Program-made: the position numbers and the translations under genes
The notes under the pieces: model-generated
Databases searched by the model: none
What the model saw: only the letters and a program-made list of their open reading frames with translations
Told to the model about the DNA's origin: nothing
Shown: positions 20,433-31,194 of the stretch, piece after piece
How positions within the stretch are numbered: the first letter of the stretch is position 1
Layout of the letters: each line of letters begins with the position of its first letter
IMG/VR virus record: IMGVR_UViG_3300031834_001450
Location: 1 to 64,000 of that record
DNA: 64,000 bases
Source of the DNA: a virus
Strand: one strand, 5' to 3'

Positions 20433-21064
20433 TGGCAATAGCAAACAATATTATAAATACTTATAAAAAAGGAGTAGATACTGCAGGAATACTTAATGAA
20501 GCTGATATTGCTATATTAAGTAATACTTCTATGCAGCATAAGTGTTTATTTGAAATGATTATTTATCCAGAAACTTTTCCTTCTACTGCTGGTGGAATTG
20601 TTTTAACTTCATTAGATACAATAATCATGAAATTTAATTTATATTCGATCAATGATATTCCTTTAGTTGGATTTGAATATCAACGATACGGTGGAATGAA
20701 TTATATAAAAGATATGATATATCCAGATACTTTTAATTGTACTTTTATTGAGAATGGAACTGGTAGTGTAAAAGGATATTTTAGAAAATGGCAAGATGCA
20801 ATAGCTGTATATACTCCAGCATTAGGAACATTAAAGAGAGATTATCTTTTTAAAGATAATCAAGATGATAGTAAAAGAACAGGTTTAATTATTCCTCTTC
20901 AAACAGATATGTTACCTTCTCCAGAATGGATAAAAATAGATGGAATGAAATTTAAAAATATAACGGGTATTGGTTATGATCATACTTCAGGAGAAAATGA
21001 GATATTAACTACAGAATTTACTTGTGATAGTATCAGATTATCATTAGGCACGTCTGCATTATAA
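20432..21064 (+). CDS. Tube-fold baseplate/tube initiator (gp48/gp54-like)
   Basis: Tube-like pattern TFIE...YFRKWQ...GYD...TTEF; position after the tube gene. Confidence 0.55.
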   Translation: MAIANNIINTYKKGVDTAGILNEADIAILSNTSMQHKCLFEMIIYPETFPSTAGGIVLTSLDTIIMKFNLYSINDIPLVGFEYQRYGGMNYIKDMIYPDTFNCTFIENGTGSVKGYFRKWQDAIAVYTPALGTLKRDYLFKDNQDDSKRTGLIIPLQTDMLPSPEWIKIDGMKFKNITGIGYDHTSGENEILTTEFTCDSIRLSLGTSAL

Positions 21065-21110
21065 GTCAACATACTAATAAAAAGTATTTAATAATTAAAG
21101 GAGAATATAC

Positions 21111-22283
21111 ATGGCTGAAAGTTTTATATTAAAACCAGAAGAGGTAGCAAGAAGAAGAAATCAAACAATAGAAAATAAAAAATTAGAAGAACAAACAGAA
21201 AAAGAAAATGAATTTCAAAATACAGCAGGATTAGTTAAAATTAATTATGAATCCCAAGGAAGATTTGGAACACCTACTACTCTTTATTTTGATGATTTTA
21301 ATGGTCAACACATTAATGATATTGAATTATCTACTCAAGATAATCTTCTAGAAAATTTAATTGTTATTCTTAACAATTTAAAAAGAAATGAACCAAATTT
21401 TAATATTAAAGATATGAGTGCAGAAGATTTATTAGAAACACTCATTGCAATAAAACAACAATTTGAAGGTAATACTCATATTCATTATTGGGTATGTAAT
21501 TGTCAATCTGAAAAAAGCGATAAAGATAGAATCATAAATGAACTTATTCTTGAATTATCAGATCTTAATTTTAACTCAATGACTCAGGTTGATGAAGAAA
21601 TGAAAAAATTCTTAACTGAAAGATTTGCTGAAATGACTTCAGATGAATTTAAACAATATCTATTAGTTAAATATAAAACTAATCCTTTAGATGATATTGA
21701 TACTTATACCAAAGAAGAGGAAATATCAAAAGTATTAGTGAAGGAACCCTTCCATATTATTGCACAAAAAGATATATATACAATAAGATATCCTAGACTT
21801 GAAGATATAATTAAAGCAAAAAAATATGCAGATAAATTATATGGATCTAAAATAAAAAATATTCAAAATAGACGAGAAGCAAATGTTCCTCTTTATGAAT
21901 TAAAAGAAAAAAAAGAAAATGAAATAAAAGAATTAAAAGACGAACAAGCAAAAGTAATAGTTCTTTATGCAAAATCAATGATGTTAATAACTAAAAATAA
22001 TTTAATTCTTTCTGATAGTGAAAAATATGAGGAATTTAAAAATGTTATTAAACGTAAAACAATGAGAAATATAGAAGATTTATTTGAAAATATTTCTTTT
22101 GGTCTACAAACGGAAACAGAGCTGATTTGCCCTTTATGTGGTGAATCGGAAAAGAGGTTACTTCGGGATTTCATCGATCCAAGACAACTTCTCCCCCTCA
22201 ATTATCGTAAACAAGATTCAGGAAATGATGCCCAGAGAAAATCTCAACTCAATTCAGGACTTGATTTTTATTTTGGTATATAG
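21111..22283 (+). CDS. Baseplate hub assembly protein (gp26-like)
   Basis: IRYPRLED, C-terminal CPLCG, position before the tape measure; late motif at 21072. Confidence 0.6.
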   Translation: MAESFILKPEEVARRRNQTIENKKLEEQTEKENEFQNTAGLVKINYESQGRFGTPTTLYFDDFNGQHINDIELSTQDNLLENLIVILNNLKRNEPNFNIKDMSAEDLLETLIAIKQQFEGNTHIHYWVCNCQSEKSDKDRIINELILELSDLNFNSMTQVDEEMKKFLTERFAEMTSDEFKQYLLVKYKTNPLDDIDTYTKEEEISKVLVKEPFHIIAQKDIYTIRYPRLEDIIKAKKYADKLYGSKIKNIQNRREANVPLYELKEKKENEIKELKDEQAKVIVLYAKSMMLITKNNLILSDSEKYEEFKNVIKRKTMRNIEDLFENISFGLQTETELICPLCGESEKRLLRDFIDPRQLLPLNYRKQDSGNDAQRKSQLNSGLDFYFGI

Positions 22284-22422
22284 AGTTGGATTGTCTGAAA
22301 CTGAAATACTTAAAATGAAAAGATGGATTCTTAAAAAAAGACTGAATCAATATGAAATTTATCAAAAAGCTAAACAAGCTGAAATGAAAAAAGCAACAAG
22401 TCAAATACCTTCTTTCAAATAG
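22225..22422 (+). CDS. Small hub/tail assembly chaperone (gp51-like); likely start 22225 or 22228
   Basis: LIFILVYRVGLSETEILKMKRW pattern, overlapping the end of the gp26-like gene. Confidence 0.55.
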   Translation: MMPRENLNSIQDLIFILVYRVGLSETEILKMKRWILKKRLNQYEIYQKAKQAEMKKATSQIPSFK

Positions 22423-22447
22423 AAGGTATTATTTTTACTAATAAATA
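22404..22447 (+). terminator. Terminator hairpin immediately followed by late promoter TACTAATAAATA (22436)
   Basis: aataccttct-ttcaaat-agaaggtatt-attttt. Confidence 0.6.
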
Positions 22448-22465
22448 AAAATAGGAGGTTTATAA

Positions 22466-24034
22466 ATGGAAGATAGTTTTGTAATGCCTGATTTTAATAA
22501 ACCTCTTAGTAAGGAATTAAAAAAAGAAGAAATAAAAGTTAATAAAATATACACCCCTTTTATGATAAAATTTTTTGGTGGCAATGGTATGTTTACTATG
22601 GCTATCAAAGGTCTACATAATATGCTTATTACTAGATTTACTCGTTTAATAGAAATTGTAGAAAAAGTATATGGAGAAACAGAATCAGGAAATAAATTCG
22701 ATAAAAAAAATGAACCAAAAGATGGAGATAAGAAAAAACAATCTTGGATAACAGAAAAATGGCAAAAAGTTATTAAATCTAATTTCTTTCAAAAAACTTT
22801 AGGATTTTTAAAAGGAATGGCATCAGTAAGTTTTATTACTACTCTTATTGCCTTTTTAATATTACTTAGAATGGGAATTATACAAAAATTTCTTCCTTGG
22901 TTCCTCAGTATTATTGGAAGTGCTATAACAGGGTTAATTAAATTTATACCGACTCTCTTAAAATTCTTTTGGAATTTATTAACTAAAATTATACCTAGTA
23001 TTTTAAAAACAATTTTTAGAACTATTTTTAAAATGTTAGGTATAGAAAATAAAACATTACTTAAATTTGCTGATTTTATTGCACAATGGTTACCACTTCT
23101 AATAGCAGGTATTTGGTTAATATCTACAATAATGCCAATAATAACTACTGTAGCTGGTGTTATAGGTGCTCTAAGTCTACCCATTGTTGCATTAGTTGCA
23201 GCTGTTGCATTATTAGGATATTTAATATATGATAATTGGGCTCTTATTAAACCAATGTTAATGGATATGTTTAATGAAATTAAATCATTTTTTAATAATT
23301 ATATAGTTCCTATGTTACCATATTTAAAGATAGTTGGTAAATTTTTATTTAAAATTCTTGGCATTATTTTTATGGGAATAATAAAAGTAATTAAAGCTAT
23401 TATATTATTTCCTATTAGACTCATTAAAGGATTATATACTTTTATAATAGGAGCAATTGCTGTTTTCAAAACAGGATATATTGTACTTAGTAATATATTT
23501 AGATCTATTTTTATAGACCCTATTAAAAGATTATTTAAAGCATTATCTAAAGCAGCCGCTCCAGTACTTAAAAAATTAACTCCTGTAATAAATATGATAA
23601 GTAGTCTTTTTAGTACAGTTGCTAGTGGAGTAACTTCTGCAATGTCTACTGTAACTAAAGTTATAAGTGATTTATTAGATTGGATTGGAGCTGTTTCTGA
23701 TTATGGTATAATGGATTATAAAGAACATAAACAACAAATAGAGGCTTCTGAAAAAGAAGCTGCACAATCAATTGTTGTTCAAGCGGCAAAAACAGATGCA
23801 ACAGAAAAACAATTAGTAGCAACTGGTCAATTAACAGCTGCAGAAGCTAGAGATGCATTAAAGTTAAGAGAATTATCAAAAGAAACTGGAATGTCTGCTA
23901 CTAGATTAGCTGCGGCTAAACAAACTGGTTTATTATCAGATTTGGAAATAAGTTCAAAACAAACTCAAACTGTTAAAGCAATGAATTTTTCATTAAGTAA
24001 AACAGGAACTTTAAAATTAGCTGAAAAGGGGTAA
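22466..24034 (+). CDS. Tape measure protein (short)
   Basis: Long amphipathic/hydrophobic helical repeats; position in the tail operon. Confidence 0.7.
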   Translation: MEDSFVMPDFNKPLSKELKKEEIKVNKIYTPFMIKFFGGNGMFTMAIKGLHNMLITRFTRLIEIVEKVYGETESGNKFDKKNEPKDGDKKKQSWITEKWQKVIKSNFFQKTLGFLKGMASVSFITTLIAFLILLRMGIIQKFLPWFLSIIGSAITGLIKFIPTLLKFFWNLLTKIIPSILKTIFRTIFKMLGIENKTLLKFADFIAQWLPLLIAGIWLISTIMPIITTVAGVIGALSLPIVALVAAVALLGYLIYDNWALIKPMLMDMFNEIKSFFNNYIVPMLPYLKIVGKFLFKILGIIFMGIIKVIKAIILFPIRLIKGLYTFIIGAIAVFKTGYIVLSNIFRSIFIDPIKRLFKALSKAAAPVLKKLTPVINMISSLFSTVASGVTSAMSTVTKVISDLLDWIGAVSDYGIMDYKEHKQQIEASEKEAAQSIVVQAAKTDATEKQLVATGQLTAAEARDALKLRELSKETGMSATRLAAAKQTGLLSDLEISSKQTQTVKAMNFSLSKTGTLKLAEKG

Positions 24035-24037
24035 TAA

Positions 24038-24757
24038 ATGAATAGAATGATTATAACTTTTCAAACTCCTGATTTGGCATCTACTTTAACTTATCCTATT
24101 ATGGAAGATTTTCAAATAGAAACATCAACTGAATTTAGTAATTTTGCTGAATTATGTCCAACAATATCATCTCTTGTAGATTTAGGTATTACTTATGAAT
24201 CTGCCTCTTCGGGTGGAGTTTCTACTGCTGGATTTAATATAAGATCTATACTAGATGCCCCCAGATGGCGAAAAACTAATCCAGTAAAAATAACTCTTGA
24301 TTTGTTTTTTTACACAAAAACAAATCCAGTAACAGATGTACTTATTCCTATGAATGCATTACTTGGAGCTCATTTACCTAGATTTGTAGAAGGAAAAATT
24401 AAAGTTCCAGGGCTGAATGCAACAAATGTTAGTGATGTTAATAAAATAATTGGTGCGGCTAAAGAAAAAAGTACCGCATTAATTGAGGAATTGGGTGGTG
24501 GAAAAACAGGAGAAAAAGAACTTAGAAATATTCTTGAATCTCAATATAGTGCTTTATTTTCTGTTTTAATTCCTGGAGTTGTTTTTCTTCCTGTAGCTTT
24601 TATTTTTGCAATTGCTCCAACATATTCTAAACATGTTACAGAAAAAGGATATCCACTATGGGCAAGTGCTAATTTACAAATACAAAGTTTAACTCCTGCA
24701 TTAGCTGAATATTTTAGAGATGGAATGAATTATACTGCTGGTGGAATTGAAAGATAG
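24038..24757 (+). CDS. Putative tail/baseplate protein
   Basis: Synteny only. Confidence 0.45.
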   Translation: MNRMIITFQTPDLASTLTYPIMEDFQIETSTEFSNFAELCPTISSLVDLGITYESASSGGVSTAGFNIRSILDAPRWRKTNPVKITLDLFFYTKTNPVTDVLIPMNALLGAHLPRFVEGKIKVPGLNATNVSDVNKIIGAAKEKSTALIEELGGGKTGEKELRNILESQYSALFSVLIPGVVFLPVAFIFAIAPTYSKHVTEKGYPLWASANLQIQSLTPALAEYFRDGMNYTAGGIER

Positions 24758-24765
24758 GAATATTT

Positions 24766-25065
24766 ATGAGAGAAAAAGTACAATTAATATTAGATGAAAC
24801 AGATGGAAATGTAATAAGAGATTCAGTATCTGTTGTATGGAAAGACTTTAAATGGACAAATGGATATTATAAACATAAAATATCTAAAATAGAGATAGAA
24901 CGCCCATATTTAATTTCTCAAAGTTATTATGGTATAATAGATTATTGGGATATTATATTACTTTTAAATAATATTGAAGATATATTTGAAATTGTTCCTT
25001 TAAGTGAATTATTTATTCCAAAATTAGACGATATAAAACAATTCATTTTAGATAATCGTAAATAA
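24766..25065 (+). CDS. Baseplate wedge gp53/LysM-like protein
   Basis: ERPYLISQSYYG..DYWDIILLLNNI.D....L.IP. Confidence 0.8.
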   Translation: MREKVQLILDETDGNVIRDSVSVVWKDFKWTNGYYKHKISKIEIERPYLISQSYYGIIDYWDIILLLNNIEDIFEIVPLSELFIPKLDDIKQFILDNRK

Positions 25066-25077
25066 AAGGAGTTTATA

Positions 25078-25776
25078 GTGCAAGGACCATTTCCAGCTAA
25101 AGTTATAAATAATAATGATACAAAAAAGAAAGGAAGAATTCAAATAAAAATTGAACATCTTCATTATAATATAAAAAATTCTGAACTTCCATGGGCAAAA
25201 CAGTATTCACTTGCAACAGGTGGAAGCGGTACTTATGGTAAATCAAGTATACCTGAAAATAACTCTTATGTATGGATAGGATATGAAGATGTAGATGAGT
25301 TAATGAGACAACCCTATTATTTAGCAGATATTCATTTTAGTAATTTACATCCTCATAATTTATTTGAAAATAATATTAAATCTTCTATTGGATCAGCAGC
25401 AGCATACCCTAATGCTAAATATACTTATTATCCTAATGGAATATGTATAGGAGTAGATAGTAGTTCAGGAAATAAAGAAATTTTTATTTATCATCCAACA
25501 GCTTCTATATTTATAGATAAAAATGGTAAAATTAAAATAAAAGCTACAGAGATAGAATTACTTGGAGGAACAACTCCTTCTGAAAGTTCTATTTTAGGAG
25601 AAACTTTAAAAACTACATTAGAAGCAATACTAGATCAAATTATTGCACATACTCATCCTTATATAAATGTTGCTGCACCTGCAGTTACTTCTCCTCCTGG
25701 AAATGCTGCTGCATTTACATTAATAAAAACAACACAAGTACCAACTACTTTATCTTTAAAAATAAAAAATAATTAA
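25078..25776 (+). CDS. Baseplate central spike (gp5/gpV-like)
   Basis: VINNND..KKGRIQIKI...LPWA OB fold; HTH metal-binding apex motif (AHTHP). Confidence 0.8.
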   Translation: MQGPFPAKVINNNDTKKKGRIQIKIEHLHYNIKNSELPWAKQYSLATGGSGTYGKSSIPENNSYVWIGYEDVDELMRQPYYLADIHFSNLHPHNLFENNIKSSIGSAAAYPNAKYTYYPNGICIGVDSSSGNKEIFIYHPTASIFIDKNGKIKIKATEIELLGGTTPSESSILGETLKTTLEAILDQIIAHTHPYINVAAPAVTSPPGNAAAFTLIKTTQVPTTLSLKIKNN

Positions 25777-25781
25777 ATTAT

Positions 25782-25793
25782 TACTAATAAATA
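25782..25793 (+). promoter_or_regulatory. Late-type promoter TACTAATAAATA
   Basis: Intergenic, upstream of the gp25-like gene. Confidence 0.6.
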
Positions 25794-25812
25794 ATATAAT
25801 TAGGGGTATAGA

Positions 25813-26400
25813 ATGGCGGTTTTTCAAGATATTGATTTGTATGGAAGAGATAATGCAGATGGAACTCCTATAACTTATTATTCTGCTGATGCCATTAAAA
25901 ATGCACTTACTCAATGGGCGAATTCTAAAAGAGGAGATTATTTAATGGCACCAGGAGCTGGTGGAGCATTAGATAATTTTGTATTTAAAACACTAACAAC
26001 TGAAAATCTTTTAATTTTAAAAACTCAACTACTTACAGCATTAGTAAATCAATTTAGTCCTTCTATTACAGTTATTGATATAACTATTACTCCTGATTAT
26101 CAAAATAGAATAACAGAAATTGAAGTAACATATTCTATTCCAGAAGAAGGAATAACTGATTCAATAGCATTATTTATAAATACAGCTTTTAGTACTACTT
26201 CTTTTGAATATGAAATTGTTAGTTATATTGAACATAATTTATTAGAATTTGTAACAATTAAGAAACCAGATCAAAGCTCTAATCGTTTAATATATGATTA
26301 TGATATAAATAGTTGGAAATATGGAAAATATAAATTTGTTAATCTTTTACCAACAGATCCATATTTTACAGATATATTATTTATTTGCAATGGAAGTTAG
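25813..26400 (+). CDS. Baseplate wedge/sheath initiator (gp25-like)
   Basis: AIKNAL...SKRGDYLMAPGAGG.L...F. Confidence 0.8.
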   Translation: MAVFQDIDLYGRDNADGTPITYYSADAIKNALTQWANSKRGDYLMAPGAGGALDNFVFKTLTTENLLILKTQLLTALVNQFSPSITVIDITITPDYQNRITEIEVTYSIPEEGITDSIALFINTAFSTTSFEYEIVSYIEHNLLEFVTIKKPDQSSNRLIYDYDINSWKYGKYKFVNLLPTDPYFTDILFICNGS

Positions 26401-26409
26401 AGGTTTAAT

Positions 26410-28254
26410 ATGATATACACGTACGATGGGTTAGTAACAGAAATAAAAAACAGATTATCACTTCTATCTGATTGGAATACAATATTATATTATGGAGTAT
26501 ATCAACGTATAGTAGATATGCTTGCGTATACTGGAGAAAAACTTGTATATTTAGCAGAATTTTTATATAGGGAAGCTAAGTGGATAACAGCAGAAAAAAG
26601 AGATTCTCTTGTTAAACTTGCAATATGGTTAGGCTATATTCCATATAGAAAAACTGGAGCAATAGGAGAATTAAAATTAAATTATGATCCTACTTTTAAT
26701 TCAATGTCAATATATACAGGAAAAGAAGTAAATATTCCACGATGGGCAATTTTTACAAATACTGATAGTGATTTAATTACATATTGTACAGAAAGTACTT
26801 TCTATTATACTGGATTTATAGGTAACGTAATTATTCCAGTAAAAGAAGGAACACCCAAAGAATTTTTATATATTGCTCAAGGAATAGTTAATGAATGTGT
26901 TTATGTATATTCTGATTCAACTGATAATACGGAAATTCAAGTTCAGATAGTTGATACATCAGGTAATTTTTTATATGAAGCTATCATTACAACTAATTTA
27001 TATCTTATAAATAATGTTGTAGACTATTACTGTGAAATTTCAAATTCTGCTGCTTATGATTATATTAAAATTTGTTTTGGTGATGGTATAAATTCTAAAA
27101 AATTAATTGCTGGAGAAAGAGTTCTTGTAAAATATGCAGATACAAAAGGAGCATCAGGAGATATTACATCTAGTAATGTAATAACTGTTCTTGTAACAAC
27201 TTTAGTTGACGAAGATAATCTTCCAGTTACTTTATATGTTACAAATGATGAAGGTATAGTTGGTGGATCTGAAATAGAAAATATTGAATCAATTAGAAAT
27301 AATGCCCCTAATTTATTTCAAATAGGATCTTTATTATCATCTACTGCAAATTGGGAAGCTGCAATTAATCTTGCTTCTTATGTAAATAAATCAATTGTAT
27401 GGACAATAGAAAGTCTTGGACTATCAACTACTGTATCTGATCAAAATATTGTATATTTTACTGCAGTTTCTACAACTGGAGAAAATTTAACTACCATTCA
27501 ACAGGGAGATATTATAGTAACTTATTTAACACCTAAAAAATGTTTAACTGAAATGGTAGCATATACAGCCTTGCAAAAAATATATGTACGATTTGATATT
27601 ACTGCTAAAATTGCACTAACTCAAACTTTTACAGTATTAGATGCGGTTATTAAAACAGCATTAAATACAGAATATGATATATTAACTACAACATTTCAAA
27701 AAAATATATATGAATCTAATTTCTATAGAATTATTGATGAAATACCAAATATTATCTATCATACAACTAAAATTTATTATATGGAATCAGATATTAATAT
27801 AATAACAAGTAATTTAAAATTAAAACCAAGTTATACTTCTATTGACACCCCTAATTTAGATAAACAAAATTATTTAGTTCTTGATAGTTTTGAAATTTGG
27901 ATAAAACGAAAAATTGCAAATGCTTGGGTTGCTCCTTTACAAATAGCATATACCTCAGGAATTACTATTTTAGGTATGAATGGATATACAATAACTGGAG
28001 GTTTTGTATCATATTCAACAAATCAAGTTTCATTTACAATAGCAGAAATTGTAGCAGATGTTACTCATGTAATATATGGTATTGCAGATCCAGGAGATTC
28101 TGATCCTTTAGGATATAAAATATTTATTTCATATAAAATGCAAGATGGTAATACTCCAGCAACTCAACAAAATAGTATTAGACTTCCATATTTTTATCAG
28201 ATAACAGACATTGAAGATTCATTCATTAATGCTGATTTATCTTATATATCTTAA
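26410..28254 (+). CDS. Baseplate wedge protein (gp6/J-like)
   Basis: TA..RDSLVKLA..LGYIP, FGDG, GGSEIENIESIRNNAP. Confidence 0.88.
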   Translation: MIYTYDGLVTEIKNRLSLLSDWNTILYYGVYQRIVDMLAYTGEKLVYLAEFLYREAKWITAEKRDSLVKLAIWLGYIPYRKTGAIGELKLNYDPTFNSMSIYTGKEVNIPRWAIFTNTDSDLITYCTESTFYYTGFIGNVIIPVKEGTPKEFLYIAQGIVNECVYVYSDSTDNTEIQVQIVDTSGNFLYEAIITTNLYLINNVVDYYCEISNSAAYDYIKICFGDGINSKKLIAGERVLVKYADTKGASGDITSSNVITVLVTTLVDEDNLPVTLYVTNDEGIVGGSEIENIESIRNNAPNLFQIGSLLSSTANWEAAINLASYVNKSIVWTIESLGLSTTVSDQNIVYFTAVSTTGENLTTIQQGDIIVTYLTPKKCLTEMVAYTALQKIYVRFDITAKIALTQTFTVLDAVIKTALNTEYDILTTTFQKNIYESNFYRIIDEIPNIIYHTTKIYYMESDINIITSNLKLKPSYTSIDTPNLDKQNYLVLDSFEIWIKRKIANAWVAPLQIAYTSGITILGMNGYTITGGFVSYSTNQVSFTIAEIVADVTHVIYGIADPGDSDPLGYKIFISYKMQDGNTPATQQNSIRLPYFYQITDIEDSFINADLSYIS

Positions 28255-28268
28255 TGGAGAATGATTAA

Positions 28269-29435
28269 GTGAATTTTTCATTTAAAAAATTTATACCAAA
28301 AGTAATGCAAGAGACCAAATGGGGGTCTCTTACTGAAGTATGGCAATCTATTTATGTAGATATTAAAAATGATAAAATAAAAGCAATTTTTAATCAATAT
28401 GATTTTGATAATATTACAGAACAAGAATTAAGGGATTTAGCTGTAATGTTAGGATTCAATTTAAAAACTTTAAATGGTTATACTTCTACCTTAAATTTTA
28501 TAAAAAAAGAAATGTTATTTTTAATTCCAAGATTAAAAACAAAAACAACTCCAACTTGTTATCAATTACAAGGAATTCCATTTAATATAATAGCAAATGG
28601 ATATTCAATTATTTATGATAATAATTTAGATAAATATATTGGAGATGAAACTTTAATTGGATCAGATGTACAAGGTACAGTTACTTTAGATAGAGAAGAT
28701 AAAAATTATACATATATGGGAAGTCTTATTAATTTAGACAATTATATTAATTTAGATAACTCTCCATTCTATCATATGGACACTTTATATCGAATATCTA
28801 TAGGAACATATACTGAATTAGCAGAATCATATTTAGATTTTTATGAATTTCCAACACTGGATGGATCTTCTACTTTATATTCATTAACAAGAAACATGTT
28901 ATTTAATTATACGCATAAATTTGTTGAATCTGCGACAGAATTTATTTCTTTAAATACGCTTAAAGTTCTTAAAAGTGATATAGATCAATTTAAAAGAATG
29001 ACAGATAGATGTTATTATGAACCATATTTACATTTTGATTTAAATTCTGATCATTCAATCACTAATAAAACTTGGACAGATTATTTAGGAGTAGCAACAG
29101 CAATACAAAAAAATATTTTAATAGAAAATTCTTTTACTGATTGGTCTGGTATAAGATTTGGAACAAGCGCGCATTCAGTAATTACTACATCGATTACTGA
29201 TGTAAATAATTACTCTTTTTCATGGGATTATAGAAGTGGTACTAATAAAATAATAGAAACAGATATTAACTATACTTTTAGATTATTAATAACAGAAATG
29301 CAAAAAATAACAGAATTTACTGAATTAGCTGTTATAAATATGTCAGGAACTTGTGTATTATATAGTACATTTCCAAAAGTTCAATGGGATGAAGGAATGT
29401 ATAATAACTTAAAATTTGAATTTAAAATTATTTAA
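28269..29435 (+). CDS. Baseplate wedge protein (gp7/P2 gpI-like)
   Basis: LRDLAVMLGF; follows the gp6-like gene. Confidence 0.5.
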   Translation: MNFSFKKFIPKVMQETKWGSLTEVWQSIYVDIKNDKIKAIFNQYDFDNITEQELRDLAVMLGFNLKTLNGYTSTLNFIKKEMLFLIPRLKTKTTPTCYQLQGIPFNIIANGYSIIYDNNLDKYIGDETLIGSDVQGTVTLDREDKNYTYMGSLINLDNYINLDNSPFYHMDTLYRISIGTYTELAESYLDFYEFPTLDGSSTLYSLTRNMLFNYTHKFVESATEFISLNTLKVLKSDIDQFKRMTDRCYYEPYLHFDLNSDHSITNKTWTDYLGVATAIQKNILIENSFTDWSGIRFGTSAHSVITTSITDVNNYSFSWDYRSGTNKIIETDINYTFRLLITEMQKITEFTELAVINMSGTCVLYSTFPKVQWDEGMYNNLKFEFKII

Positions 29436-29451
29436 ATAAGAGGTTTTTTAA

Positions 29452-30792
29452 ATGTCAGCAACAAATCTAGGGGATCAATATATTACATTTGATTATAAAC
29501 ACCCAGCAAAAGGAAGTGATTTTAATACTCTTCTTAGAGAAGCAATTACTCCTGGTGTTTATAAAGGTGGTCTTATTACTTATTCTGGTACAGGAATAAC
29601 AATAGCTCCCTTTGTTATATATATAAATACAAGTACAGACAAACTTGTAAGAATTGAAACTAGAGCGAATGTAAATATAACAGTTACAGAATCTACACCA
29701 GTAATAGCACTTACGTATACTTGGCAAGATGTTTCAGAAGATTGGTTAGATTTTAATCAAAGAGCATCTGGATCTGGAGCATTAACAAATGAAGTATGTT
29801 TAGGTGAATGTGTATTTGGTGGTGGAGTAATTACAAGTATAACTTATGCTAGTAAAACTTGGGGTAAAAAATTTACAAATGATGTTCCTATTGGAACTTC
29901 TCCTTTTATAATAACCTCTACAACTAAAGTATCAAATCTTAATGTAGATCAAGTTGATGGAGCAGATTTAAGTACAGACGTAACTTTTGCTGGAAATAGT
30001 GATGTTTTAATACCTAGTCAAAAAGCAGTAAAAACATTAACATCACATCCTATAACAGCATATAAACAAGCAACATATCCTATAACAGATACAGATGGAT
30101 TACAAGTTATCGAAGTAAATACGACAGCGGGGGCAGTTACAATTACTCTCCCTCTTATGGCTAATAATCTAGGAAGACAAATACGAATCCAATTTGTAAA
30201 AAATGATGCTTCTCTTGATGTAGTTACAATCTCTCCTCATGCTACAGATGCTGGTAAATTATCAAATGATTTACTCGCATCGATTATACTTCCAAAAGTT
30301 GGAGATTTTATAGTAGTTCAACAAAGTGTAAATTCAGATTGTTGGGAGATTGTAAATGAAAGAATTACAAGTCAGTTGAGATTAGACACATATGCGGGTT
30401 ATGGATCAACTGATACAAAAATTATGAGATTTACAACTGTTACTGAAAATTTTGGAAATATGTTTTCAGAAAACCATGTTAGTGGGTATTCTGGTAATGC
30501 TAAAGGGTTGGAAATTACTATAAATCGATCAGGAAGATATGCTTTTATACATTCTGGAGTAGAAAGTGGGACAGCTGCATTTTATGGTCTTTCACTTAAT
30601 TCAGCACAACGTACAACTGATGTAACATCAATTACAGCTAATACTATTTGCTCAATAAGTTTTGGGTCAGCTACAGCTGGAATTGTTATGGCTTATACAG
30701 CGTATCTTAAAAAAGGAGATATTATGAGACCACACTCAACAGCAATAGCTCCGGGGAATATATTTTTTTCTTGCACATATTTAGGAAATTAA
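29452..30792 (+). CDS. Tail fibre/receptor-binding protein 1 with a C1q/TNF-like tip
   Basis: VSNLNVDQVDG, NTTAGAVTITLP, C-terminal ITINRSGRY...LKKGDIMRPH. Confidence 0.75.
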   Translation: MSATNLGDQYITFDYKHPAKGSDFNTLLREAITPGVYKGGLITYSGTGITIAPFVIYINTSTDKLVRIETRANVNITVTESTPVIALTYTWQDVSEDWLDFNQRASGSGALTNEVCLGECVFGGGVITSITYASKTWGKKFTNDVPIGTSPFIITSTTKVSNLNVDQVDGADLSTDVTFAGNSDVLIPSQKAVKTLTSHPITAYKQATYPITDTDGLQVIEVNTTAGAVTITLPLMANNLGRQIRIQFVKNDASLDVVTISPHATDAGKLSNDLLASIILPKVGDFIVVQQSVNSDCWEIVNERITSQLRLDTYAGYGSTDTKIMRFTTVTENFGNMFSENHVSGYSGNAKGLEITINRSGRYAFIHSGVESGTAAFYGLSLNSAQRTTDVTSITANTICSISFGSATAGIVMAYTAYLKKGDIMRPHSTAIAPGNIFFSCTYLGN

Positions 30793-30793
30793 A

Positions 30794-31183
30794 ATGAAAA
30801 GATATATAAAAATAAATGAAAAAAATGAAATTATAGACTTATTTCATGAACATGTTGTTTCTAAGTTTGATGGAACGGAAATATTTTTTGATGAAGTTCA
30901 AGAACAATCAATATGGATAGAAAATAAATGTATTTCAGATGAAATGGGAAATCCAATATTTAAATTTATAAATAAAGAAATTATTGAAATAGATACTTCT
31001 GTAAATTTAAAAGAATTTAGATATAATAGAGATTTAGAAATATGTATATCTCAAAGAAAATCTGCTTATATAAACGAAAGTGATGGATTATTTTTCGATT
31101 TTCAACGAGGGGAAATAGAAAAATCAGTATGGATAGCTAAAGTTGAAGAAATAAAAACTAGATTTCCAAAACCAATAGAATAA
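30794..31183 (+). CDS. Tail fibre assembly chaperone 1
   Basis: RKSAYINESDGLFFDFQRGE...W.AKVEEIKTRFP. Confidence 0.7.
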   Translation: MKRYIKINEKNEIIDLFHEHVVSKFDGTEIFFDEVQEQSIWIENKCISDEMGNPIFKFINKEIIEIDTSVNLKEFRYNRDLEICISQRKSAYINESDGLFFDFQRGEIEKSVWIAKVEEIKTRFPKPIE

Positions 31184-31194
31184 AAAGGTATAAC

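Noticed and set aside
26398-26412. In-frame TAG readthrough fusing the gp25-like and gp6-like genes
   Set aside because: In-frame by chance one time in three, and the downstream gene has its own GAGGT SD.
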